A stretch of DNA of 64,000 nucleotides from Paraspadella gotoi. Lineage: Eukaryota > Animalia > Chaetognatha. The DNA is taken from the NCBI GenBank assembly GCA_051294375.1, contig CM119271.1, forward strand, positions 4,080,093 through 4,144,092, written 5' to 3'. Within the stretch, counting starts at the first letter, position 1. Every line of letters starts with the position of its first letter. The position numbers and the translations under genes are program-made. Below are positions 39,590 through 51,800 of this stretch, in pieces. The notes under the pieces are model-generated. The model ran no database searches. It saw only the letters and a list, made by a program, of their open reading frames with translations, and was not told the origin of the DNA.

Positions 39590-39899
39590 AGCGTTTTTCG
39601 TTCCAACTTCTGATAATGTCTTGTAAAGAAGTGCTAGCGATAGCTTTTGTCAAGAAAATTCCTTCAGTACAACGGAGAAGTGTACTTCGTTTCACAAGAT
39701 AAATCATTCGGGTATTTGTAAACGATGGAAAAACGGAAGTGGGAACAATATATCAATCACCGAATGACAAACATTGTGGAATGGCCATGCAACAAACCTA
39801 CAGAGCTAATTACAAATCTAATCGGTTCCTACGAATGAAAACTATATATAGAACTCGAAATATCGGTTAATTCTGTAACCCAACCAGCTCTTTCCGGCG

Positions 39900-42800
39900 T
39901 CATAATGAAACGGATACGCCCGTCGACCATCCATCGAGCTGCTTCCGGCAATTTTCCATTTCCCGGATCTTCTCGCGAAGTTTTTCTCTCTCTGCGCCGA
40001 TTCGAGGGTCCTCGCTCATCGACCGGATTTCCTCGTCGCTGGCCGTCGACGTAATGGACGTCACCTGCGGAAAATTGGGTAGGGAGACGCTGAATTGAGG
40101 ACCGAGTGGTTTGATTTTGGGGACGTTGCTTGAATTTGAAAATAGATGAGCAGAGTTTCCATTTAACGTTAAAACGGTGGGGAATGTTATCCTGGATAAA
40201 ACCCTATCTCGAGTCTGATTATGGCCAACACCAACATTAAGCTTATATTATACATTTATAACTCCAAAATCTGTGCCTTGTTACGTAGAAATTGAAAAAT
40301 CCATCAACCATTCATCAGCGGCCATTGGTGCCGAAGGCAAGTCATTCGCCTCCCAAACCAAAGGTCCAGGGTTCTAGCCCGGTGGTCGCCTAGCAGTTTA
40401 GAGGGACGGGGCGCTTAACCCGCCTGTAACATGGTGTTACAGCCTGATCCGAAGCTCAGGGACTGCTTATATTGAACGGTTCTGTCACTAATACATATCA
40501 ATAATTACTGTCTCTTCATTGGTGAGCCCGACTTCCAAACACAACAGCAACAACAACACTTTCAGGCAACATGACTCAACCTGGCGATGCACTTTCCGCC
40601 ATCAACACATCAGGCGACATGCCTCAACTTGGTGATGAACTTTCCACCAACACAACAATTCACTGAAGAGACGCAACAGACTTCTCCCTACGGGAGGGGG
40701 GCACAGACCATCAGTTTCACATCCGACCACGGAAAAATTCCTACCACCTCCGTTACCCTTCCTACCGAGTACACGACCATCAGTTCACATCCGACCACGG
40801 AAAATTCTACCACCTCCGTTACCCTGTATGGTGGACTAAAATCCACCAACCATTCATCAGCGGCCATTGGTGTGGAGGCAAGTCATTCACCTCCCAACCC
40901 AAAGGTCCGGGGTTCTAGCCTGGTGGTCGTCTGGCAGTTAAGAGGGACGGGGCGCTTAACCCGACTGAAACATGGTGCTTATATTGAACGGTTCTGTCAC
41001 TAACACATTTCAATAATTACTGTCTCTTCACTCACCTGATTTTGCACGTTAAAGCTGAGCTTACGCAACATGATGTACAGAATCTTCATGGGTACGATCT
41101 CCATCATGCGGCGCGAGGACACTCTGAAGTAGGCCTTGATGTTGAGGAGGTGCTTTCGCGCCTCGTTGCGGCACCAAATGTCGGAATCGGGCGACAACAC
41201 CTCGACCTTCGCCAGGGTGAGGCCGGTCGAATCCGGCGTGGGGTTGCTCTCGGGATCAGCGGGCATTCTGAGAACTCCGGCCACCATTTGAACTTCTTGG
41301 TCGTAGATGTTATCCTGCATGACGATGATTGCATAAGATTTTGAAAATCGCAAAATTATTGTAACTCTATATTTTTAAAAATTTTATAAAGTTCAAATAA
41401 TTTTGAATAAATATTGAATAATTTAAGTTTACTTCATATTTTTGTATAATGGGGAAAGGGATGTTACTGTTAGTGCTGTTATTTGGAAATAGAAGGAACA
41501 TCTACACGAAACAACGTTAAAAATATTTTCTGCCCTAGCCTAGGTTTCTAATTAGATATATTGTGGCGGTATATTCACACCGCCTCACGTTCACCCGGCT
41601 GTTGCCATAANNNNNNNNNNCTGTTGCCATAATATCACAACGTTCTTGTTAGAAAGTCATTTAAATTCAAACAAGTTTGAGCAAACAATGTCTGATCTGC
41701 CCACGATCATTAGCGGTAATTAATTAATTAATTCAATTAATTAATTTAATCCTAAATGTTTGTTTTTAGGTGTTTTCGTCACTGAATACGACAAAAGCAA
41801 CGAAGATGATGATGACAATAATGCCGATAACGATTCACTTACTTGATTATCGTAATAAGAGGTTTCGATATAATAGTAATGATTTACCGACAAAATTTTG
41901 GGGTGGGACCGACAAAGTGGAGGAATCGGAATCTGCTGATAAGCAGATCCGACTAAAAACAAGTTTGAGCAAACAAGGTCGAATCTGCCCACGATCATTA
42001 TCGGTAATTAATTAATTAATAATTAATTTATTTAAGTTAATTATTTCATTAATTAGGTAATTAATTAATTTGATCCAAAATGTTTGTTTTGATTGATTGA
42101 CTGATTAATTAATTATTGATTAATTACTTGATTAATTAACTGATGAATTATTTGATTAATTAATACATCTTGCATTTACATTTAAAATAAAAAGAAAAAG
42201 AAGCATAATCAATTAGTGAAACAAGTTCTTTGTTTTTTCCATTTAAACTCATTTCCACTCAAACGATTCCATTGAAACTTGATTTCCAGTTAATCACACA
42301 CTTTTCTACCCAAATACAAAATTTCAAGTCAATCGCCCCATCCATTCATGAGTAATTGGTGTTCAAATAGTGAAATAGATTTTTTTGTTTTTTCCATTTA
42401 AACTCATTTCCACTCGGACGATTCTATCGAAACTTCATATCCAGCTCAATCACACACTTCCCTACCGACACACAAAATTTTATTCCAATCCATCCATCCA
42501 AGCACGATTAATTGGTATTTTTTGCTAAGGTGGGACAGACGGACAGACAGACGGACATAGTTTTTTTGGTACTTTTTTTCAAAGAAGCCCCCTTGCTGCG
42601 GCTCCTAAAGCAGCAGACTCAAACACGCACAAAAATTGTATTTTTCTGCTTCCGTCGTCGTTTTATGCGTCACTCCTTTTGTCGTCGCTCTCATCGTCGC
42701 AACTGTTTCCTCCATCGTTCAAATTATCGTCGTCGTTTCTGTCGATCCCGATCCTGACGGAAGCTTAATTCTTTCTCTCGCTGAGACCCAGCAAGCCAGA

Positions 42801-45800
42801 ATTTTATTGTTGCAAAAGTAGCATAGGAAAAAATAACCCTAATCCCTAACCATAATCCCACCCCTAATCCCTAATATCTATCCCCTAAACTAACCTTATC
42901 CCTAACCGAAACCCTAAACAATTAATGCATCGTCGTCGTTTTTGTCGATCCCGATCCTGACTCTGTCATCCAGCCAGAGAGAGAGCTTGACTTGACTTGA
43001 AAGGCATTCGTCCAACGAGGACTACCTCACTCTCAAAGCTGTCTAAGATGGTAGACTTGAGACTTGCCTTGAGAGGCTGCAGCCAGAATGTTGTTTAATT
43101 AGGGTGGGGAAAGATAGAGGAAGAGAGGGAGAGAGGAGGAGGGAGGAGGGGATTGGGAAGGTGAGGAAGAGGGGGAGGTGACCAGGTCGGCTGGGCCTGA
43201 CCCACTCCGTTACTCAAGAAAACAGATCGGGATTCGCCTTTCGGCTTTTCCTTCTCCTTGATCGCTTGAGCCTCCCGTCTCTTTTGCCATCCGAAAGGAT
43301 GTTCCCGCTAGCACCGCGTGGAGGTAGAGACGTACTGCTAGCCCAGAGAGAGAGCGCGAGAGAGATTCGCTGCTCCGTCATACGGCAATGGGGCATCGAT
43401 GGAAAAGGCCTTTTTTTTTGCATAATTTATCATAATTCGATGTTCTGTTATGATATAAGTGAATGCCCAACAAGATTGAGGGGGCGGACCGACTTACCGA
43501 CAAAGTGAATTATAGAGTCGGGATCTGTTGAAAGCAGATCCGACTAATAAATATCTACTAAAAGGCCAAACAGATAGGGGTGGAAAGTGGATAATTTGTT
43601 TAGGAATCAAGGTTATGCGTGATTTGATATTATTATAGGATAAAACGATGTGATATTAAAGTATAAAAAAATGAAACGTAATTATTAAAATAATTTTAAA
43701 AGGCATTTTTTAATATACATAATTTTAGATTATTTTAAACGGCCAGGACGAGACAAACTGACCTGCGTGTAGATCATGTCCTCCATGTCCATGTACTCTT
43801 CCAGTGAGGCCTTGCACTCGCTCAAGGCTTCCTTACAGAGTTTCGTGATGATGTCGCGAACAGTCTTCTCCATTTCTGGGAACACTTCCAACCTTTCGTG
43901 AGCGAGTTGTTGAAATTCCAGGTCAATTAATTGGTAGACCTGGATGTTTATGATAATTAGTCTTTTACGCTGTCGCTGTTTAAAAAAAAATTAGCATCGC
44001 AAGATTTATTCTTCATTGTATATGTCATTATGTCACTATGTCATTAACTTGTAAGAGTGATGGAGTCCTTAAACCACCAAAGCCTGTCCAAAGTCAGGGG
44101 CAAGATAGCTTATTTATTAAATTAATGGATAATTTTTATATTGGTTGTACCAATTTCAAATTACAAATTTTAGTTTAAGGGGACCAAGTGAACAGGGGGG
44201 TAAAAAGCTGAAAACATAACATTTGACCCTTTAACTTAAGCTGGTTCTGATCATATAATTTTTTCTTCTATAATCATTTGGGAAAGTAGTTAAAAAATTT
44301 GATAAAATCAGCGAGCTTAATTTTCTTTAAAAAATCGGTAAGAAGAAAATCTTTTTCAAGTTTAAAATTTTTTTTTCCAAAAAAGGGTAAGATCTAATTT
44401 TAAAAAGATTTTCAGCTTTTATCACAAAAATTTATAAGAAAAGTATCGACTGATTTATTTAAACTTTCTTTTCAAATGATTCTGTTAATTGGATGAAAAT
44501 AAAACTCTTTGAAGTAATATAAATATAAAAAGAAGAGAAAGATTCTGTACTTCTGCTAAATTTTTAATTGTTATAATTAGGAATCAATATAGTTTAATTA
44601 TACATTTAAAGGATGAATATGAATATTAATTAATAATTATTACAGTTTTGTTTCTGTAAGAATAGAAATTTAGGTTTGATTTGTCTGCTTTTAAGTAAAT
44701 ATAAAATATAAAAATATTAATCTTGTAAAGCTTTTGTTCAATAAGGCTTAAACCTAAAATATAGCTTTGTACAGTAAAAAATAAAAAATTGGAATTTAGT
44801 AAAAAATACTTTCTAATGCAAAAATAAAATAATGGATTATATAAATATTTAGGTAGGGTCAACTAAATTTTTTTTTTATAATTATTAAATTTTTGTTTCC
44901 GCTACAATAAGAGATAGGAATTTTTTTGCCAGTTTCCCGTGCAAAAAAAAATTAATGACTATCACCATTCAAATTCCTTTGATGATAGACCCTTAAGCTT
45001 ATGATATCATTTTTATCACTGGGTCCCCTTAAGAAAGAAGCCGCTCCTCTAATTATCTTTTATCCATTACCATCGTAGTAAAAGGGAAATTGGAAGTAAA
45101 ATTTAATTTTTGTCTCGATGAAACATCCGCAATTTTTCATGTTTTCGTCTCACTAAAACATATTTAACAATAACAGAAACCGCGAGATCCTACGAAATTG
45201 TCACCTGCTGAAGACACTCCATGATCGGCACTCGGCACGCCCCCACGAATTCCCGAATGTTCGCCTCAAAGACGGAAAACTTGACATAAGGCAGCAGCTC
45301 CCGTCCGCGCATCTCGTTCATGTCCCGCTTCAAAGTGTTCAGGAGTTCCTCGTCCTTGGAGGAAGGGGCCACGGCTGTCGAAGCGGCGTCCGGAGCGGCG
45401 ACGGCGGGGGCGTCCGCTGCAGAAAGACATTCGAAGGCGTCATCAACGCAGTCGAAGGAACCGTCTGACACGGATCGACACCGAGAGGCGTTGCCTGGAA
45501 ACGATACGAGGCTCGTCGTCGTCGTCGGCGGCTGACCTTTTCTTCTCCTTATATTGTGAAGTTTATCTCATTCGAATTTCAAGCCAAGAAGTAAAATCAC
45601 GTTTTTTTCTCGCCTTTTAATCGACGTTATCAACTACATTTTTAACCTCGTTATATCTACTTCAAGTATATCGTCCGTTTATTATTGTTTTGAATATAAT
45701 AATAATACGTTGTTGAAACGTAAAATCTCTTTTGCCTTTGTTATTGACATTCCAAGTAGTTGATATAAAATTATTTAAATTAAATCAACGACTTAATTCT

Positions 45801-48800
45801 TTGTGACGAGGGTCTCCAAAACTCTCCTTCTTTGTGAGGTACGAGTTTGTGACAGGCTGATGATCAAATTCATCATGTATTGTAGTCTATTTAGCTCTTG
45901 CGGATTAATTTATCTCCCATCTGCTCAAGGCTGACTTTTTAAGCGATTCAAATTTCGTAATTTTCATAAATAGCTTTCATAAGCGACGAGCCTTAACTTC
46001 CCAAAAGCGACAAGAGAATGTTACGCTCTTTAATAAAGCCCTGTGGCAGTACGACTTAAAGCTGCCTCGTCTCAATGGTTAAATCATCTCGTTTCAACCG
46101 TGCGTCCCGGGTTCAATCCCTTGGATATCCCAGTCACTGAGAAGCCGCTGCTCCAACGCCGGTTGGTGGGATACCCAGCGCCCCGGGTATGTCAGTCAAT
46201 CCTCCTTAGCCCTTTCCTTACAACAGACGAGAATCCGCTGCTCCAACGCCGGTTGGTGGGATACCCAGCGCCCCGGGTATGTCAGTCAATCCTCCCTTAG
46301 CCCTTTCCTTACAACAGACGCTGATCCCATTTATTAAAATTCTTATTTCCCAACACCAACAGATGACAGAAAAGTGCTTACCTCCCGTCGGCTGCGGATG
46401 ATCGGCGGTGTCGGGTCGTTTCTCATCGATCTTTCTGGCGAGCTCGTCGAACATCCGTCGGGTTTTCATGAGCAGTTTAACGGAATTAGAGAAACGATGG
46501 TAGTCGCCTGTTATTTAAGAATGTTATAACCTACGTAGTACCAACTGTCCCTGACCGATTTAATAAAAGCAAAAACCAATACATCAAATACTCTTGAGCA
46601 AACTTCGTAAACTAGCCTAATCCAATTTTACAGTTTAGACTTACCCAAATTTTTAGACACTCCCGACAAACACTTACCCAGACACTCTGACCTCAACCTA
46701 TCGCAGAACGAGTTGAGGACTTTAACAAAGTAGATCTTGAGTTCGTTAACGTTATCTGGCGGACCTTCGCCAAGATCGAGCAGTTCGTCGTTGAGATGTT
46801 GGATAGTATCGTTGAGCTGAAGGGAAATGTGGAGGTCGTGACGTAATAAGGCCGTTTTCTGGTCTGTCAGTCTCTCTGTCGATTTGTCTACTCAATAAAA
46901 ATTTTAAATCTAAAAAATTAAAATGTCCTAATATTAATATTTCTGATTTGTTTTCACAGTAGTATGCCTGATATTGGGAAAAAATATTGGTACAATATTT
47001 TAGCGATGTATATTGAAAGTCGATATCATTTTTGTGGTAGTTAACAATAAATAACGAAAATTTTATTTTTTTAAAATTTATTTCTTTTTTTTTCTTTTTT
47101 ACTCGTCTCGAATTAAATCACAAAGCCCCAACCTGTTCCCTCAGACCAGGAAGAGAGGTTTTGATCTTTCCAATCAAAGATTTCGTTAACTTCGTCGCCA
47201 AATTTTTAAGTCCTCGTTTGTTCTTGGCGACGTGACGATAATGTTTGTGAGAATCAAAATACTGGGTCTGGGAAAGAAAAAGCGTTTTTGATTCATTACA
47301 AGATGTCAAAGTTACAAGGCGGTTAAATCACGAATACGATACTTTTCTTATAACATTTTCCATGATTCTACAATCTACAGCATCGTAAAAGTTACCTCTT
47401 GAAGGACGGCCTGTTCCAAGAGCATTCCCTCGTTTATGTCTTCTTGGGATCGACACTTGATCATGATCCAGGGAGAAGATCCGGACAATTTGATCTGGAA
47501 AACGGGGTCGGGGTGCAATTGGAAAGATAATCGCAAATCGGATGACGATAAGTAGGCTGGGTATCAGTTTATAAAGCTGTGCAAACTAAGCTACACGGAC
47601 TATTTTGGGGTCTTCGCGAGGTCGCCCCTCTTCCGCGCAGGATCCACTGTTGTAAACGCGAGAGAGATAAATAGGCTGAAGAGTAAGGCGTAGTGAAAGT
47701 TACATACGAAAATTCTAAAAGTCAATTATGAACAACATACCATCAGTGAACATTAATTTATAAAAAAAATTAATTTTATGTTTTTTTAATTTTCGCAGTA
47801 GGCTATATTTTTATACTGTACTATATATATTTTTTTAAATTTTTAACCCACTTAACGAAATAATTTTTAAAAATGATTTATATTTTCTTTTAACAACTTT
47901 TGACGAGGAATTCAAATCTGCAATCAAAATTTAAAACTTTTTCGATTTTATAAGGATAGTACTGTATATAAATATAGCCGACTGCGAAAATTAAAAAGGT
48001 TCCATTGGGATTCCTCCCAACAGGATTCCTCCCACGCGGGATTCCTCCCACGCGGGATTCCTCCCCAAGGGATTCCTCCCAATGGAATTGCTCCCACACG
48101 GGATTCCTCCCAAAAGAATTCCTCCCACACGGGATTCCTCCCAAAGGAATTCCTCCCACGCGGGATTCCTCCCACACGGGTTTCCTCCCCACAGAATTCC
48201 TCCCCATGGAATTCCTCCCAAGCGGGATTCCTCCCACGCGGGATTCCTCCCATGCGAATTCCTCCCACGTGGGATTCCTCCCACACGAGATTCCTCCTAC
48301 ACGGAATTCCTCCCACACGAGATTCCTCCCATGCGGGATTCCTCCCACGCGGGATTCCTCCCACGCGGGATTCTTCCCACGCGGGATTCCTCCCACACGG
48401 GATTCCTCCCACGCGGGATTCCTCCCATGCGGGATTCCTCCCATGCGGGATTCCTCCCGTGCGGGATTCCTCCCACGGGGGATTCCTCCCACGGGGGATT
48501 CCTCCCATGCGGGATTCCTCCCACGCGGGATTCCTCCCGCACGGGATTCCTCACAGGCGGGATTCCTCCCACGCGGGATTCCTCCCGTACGGGATTCCTC
48601 ACAGGCGGGATTCCTCCCACGCGGTATTCCTCCCACACGGGATTAAAATGAGTCGGGATCTGTTGAAAAAGCAGATCTCGAGACTTAATATATCTACTGA
48701 AAGGAACCAAAAGCGAGGAAAATAGGGGTGGAAAGTGGAAATAAATTTGTTTAGGAAAAAATACAAGGCTTTATGCCGTGATTTGCATATTAATTATAGG

Positions 48801-51800
48801 ATAAACGATGTGATATAAAAGTAATTAAAAATGAAAACGAAATTATTAAAAATATTTTAAAAGCACAAGTTTTTTATAATATAACGAGTAATTATTTAAA
48901 AGATTTATATTTAAAAAACAGGTCCACCGCACCGCAGGAGAGAGACGAGACTGACCTGAGCGTGTAAGAATCATAAGTCGCTAAATCGAAGGACGACGGA
49001 TGGTCCATGTACTCTTGTCCAGGTGGAAGGCCTTGCAACTCGTCAAGGCATGTAAACCTTAACGGAGTTTCGTGATTGATGTCGCGAAACGAGTCTTACA
49101 CTCAGCATTTCTGGGAATCTACTTCTAACCTTAATTCCGTGAGGCAGAGTAATAATCGTTATGAATAGATTCCATGAAGAGGGGATCAATATACACAGAA
49201 TTGGATATGAGGAGTACCGCAAGAAAAAACCATGGATGTTTATGATATCAAATTAAGCTAAACCTTTTACACGTCATGTCGATGTAATAAAAAGTTAGCG
49301 AATACAAATCGAGCAAGATTATATTCTTACATTGTAAGTTGTGTGTGCTATTAATGTCACTAAATGAGAATCATTAACTTGTAGAAGAGTGATGGGAAGT
49401 CGAAGAAACATTAAACCACAGCCTGATCCAAAAAGAATAAAGAGGCAAGAATAGTTATTTATTAAATTAAAATCGGAAAAATAAAAGAATTATTTAATAT
49501 ATAGGTTGTAACCGAATCTATATTAACAATTTTGTAGTTTAACAGGGGAGCGAATAGAATGAACAGAGGAAAAGTGGGAGTAAAACTGAAAACATAAACA
49601 TTATGACGCCTTTAACTTGTAAGGCGTAGGTTACTGATCATATAAAAATAAAGAAATTGTTTTCATTCTATAGTAAATGAAATCAAATATTCGGAAAAAG
49701 TAGTCATAAAAAATTTATAAAAATTCAAGAAGGGGAGCTTAATCTTTTCTATTAAAAAAAATACGGTAAAAGGAAGAAACAAGAAAGGAAAATCTCATAT
49801 CTTTTCAAAGTTTTAAAATTTTTTTTAATCCAAAAAAAGGGTAATGGAATCTAATTAATTAAAAAGATTATTTTAGCAATTTTAAAAATCAACAAAACAA
49901 AAAAGGCGGATGTATAATAAGAAGAAGTATCAGACTGAGATTTGATTTAATTTAAACTTTTTTTTCACAAATGAATTTGTCTGTAAATTGGAAATGAAAA
50001 TAAAACTCTTATAATAGTAAGTATAAATAAAATAGATAAAAAAGAAGAGAAAGTTTGCTAGTAACTATCTGCTAAACTTTTTAAGTTAGAGTGTATATAA
50101 TGCAATTATTAAAAGAAAAGGCGGGGGAAGTAGGAATCAATATAAGTATTTTTATACAAATATTAAAGGAATGAAATAATGAATTAATAATTAATAAATA
50201 ATTACAACGATTTTGGTTTCTGTAAAGAAAAATAGATAATTAGAATGGATATTTGTAAATCTTTAATAAGTAAATGTGAGGAAAAAATAATAAAATATTA
50301 AGTGATTTTTATCTTAAGTAAAGCTTATTGAAGTTCAAGAAAAATAGGGCTTTAAACCCTAAATATATACATAAGGAGCCTTCTGTACAGTTAATGGTAA
50401 TATAAAAAAAAAATTGGAATTATTAGTAGAAGAAAAATATCTTTCTAATGAGAAAAATAATAATAATGGATAATATAGATAGTTATCGGAGACTAAAGGG
50501 GTCAAACTAACATTATTTTTATTAATAATTAAATAAAATAATAATTGAGATTTCGCCGCTAAACAAACAAAAAATAAAAGCATAAGGCTGAAAAGATATT
50601 AGTTTTTTAGCCGCAAGTTTCGCCGTGCAGGAGTACAAAAAATTAAAATATAGACTAAATCACCTTAAGATCAACATTCCTTTGATGATGAACCCAATAA
50701 AACTTATGATATCATTAATATAGTAATCAACTGGTCCCAGCTTAAGAAACCGACGAAGTGAGAGAAGAAGTCAAAAAAGAAAGTCAAGGAGAAGAAAGAG
50801 GAAGGATAAACAGGAGAGAAATGAAAATAGAGAAGAAAAAAAAAAAAAAAAAAATAAAACAGAATTAGAAGAGAAAAAAGAACTAAACAAAGAAACAGAA
50901 ACATAATGCAAAACAAAACGAAGCCAGATCAAAAGCGAGATACAAGAAGAAAAAAGAAGAGGACAAAACTGAACAAAAGATGCTAGCAATGAACAAGTAG
51001 CCATCAAACCGACAACACACGAATCATACAGGGAGGAAAAGAGCAAATACGTACATGAAAAGGAACAACAAGAAATGAAAAGACACGACGAAAATTAAGA
51101 AAGGAACAATATCAGAAGAAACAAGCAAAAGAAGCAAGAGCTCAATGCAAAGAAAGAAGGAAAATAAAAAAAAAAGAGGAAAGCAAGCAAATAGAAAAAA
51201 GGAAGTAATATAAGGAAGGAATACTCAGAAGGAAGGAAAAAGACAAATAGAGGAAAATAATCTGAAATCTAAGAGAAGAGGAATGAGAGAAGACAATGAA
51301 GAAGAGAGAACGAAAGAAAAAGGGATAAAAAAGGAGATACGTGTAGGAACACTGATTAGATAAAAATAAGTGAAAAGACCGCTCCATATACTAAAGATTA
51401 TACAGATATTTTATTCAGCATATACCATCGTAGTAAAAAATCAAAAAATAATGACATAAGAAGGATATGGAAAGGAAAAAATTTAAAGGGTGATTATGGG
51501 TCTACGAATGAAGAACATACCGGACAAGTTTTTCATGTTTTCGTCTGCCAACTAAACAATAAATATATAAAAAATGGGAGAACAGCAGAACCGAGGAAGA
51601 CTCCTAAGCACACACGAAATATGGATCCACCACACAAAGGGGACACTACGAAGAACAAACTCAACGGAAATGGAAATCACCGGACCATAGATCTTCGGCA
51701 ACAGAGAACCACCCGCACCGAAAACAGACAGAAGTAAGTACTGGGATAGCGCAGAAAACCGAAGTATTACCGAGACAGCAACAAAAAAAATCCGAATGTT

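Noticed and set aside
981-41030. tRNA genes at the A/B-box sites
   Set aside because: No complete cloverleaf with an acceptor stem; each continues into a shared repeat body, so they are SINE-like heads.
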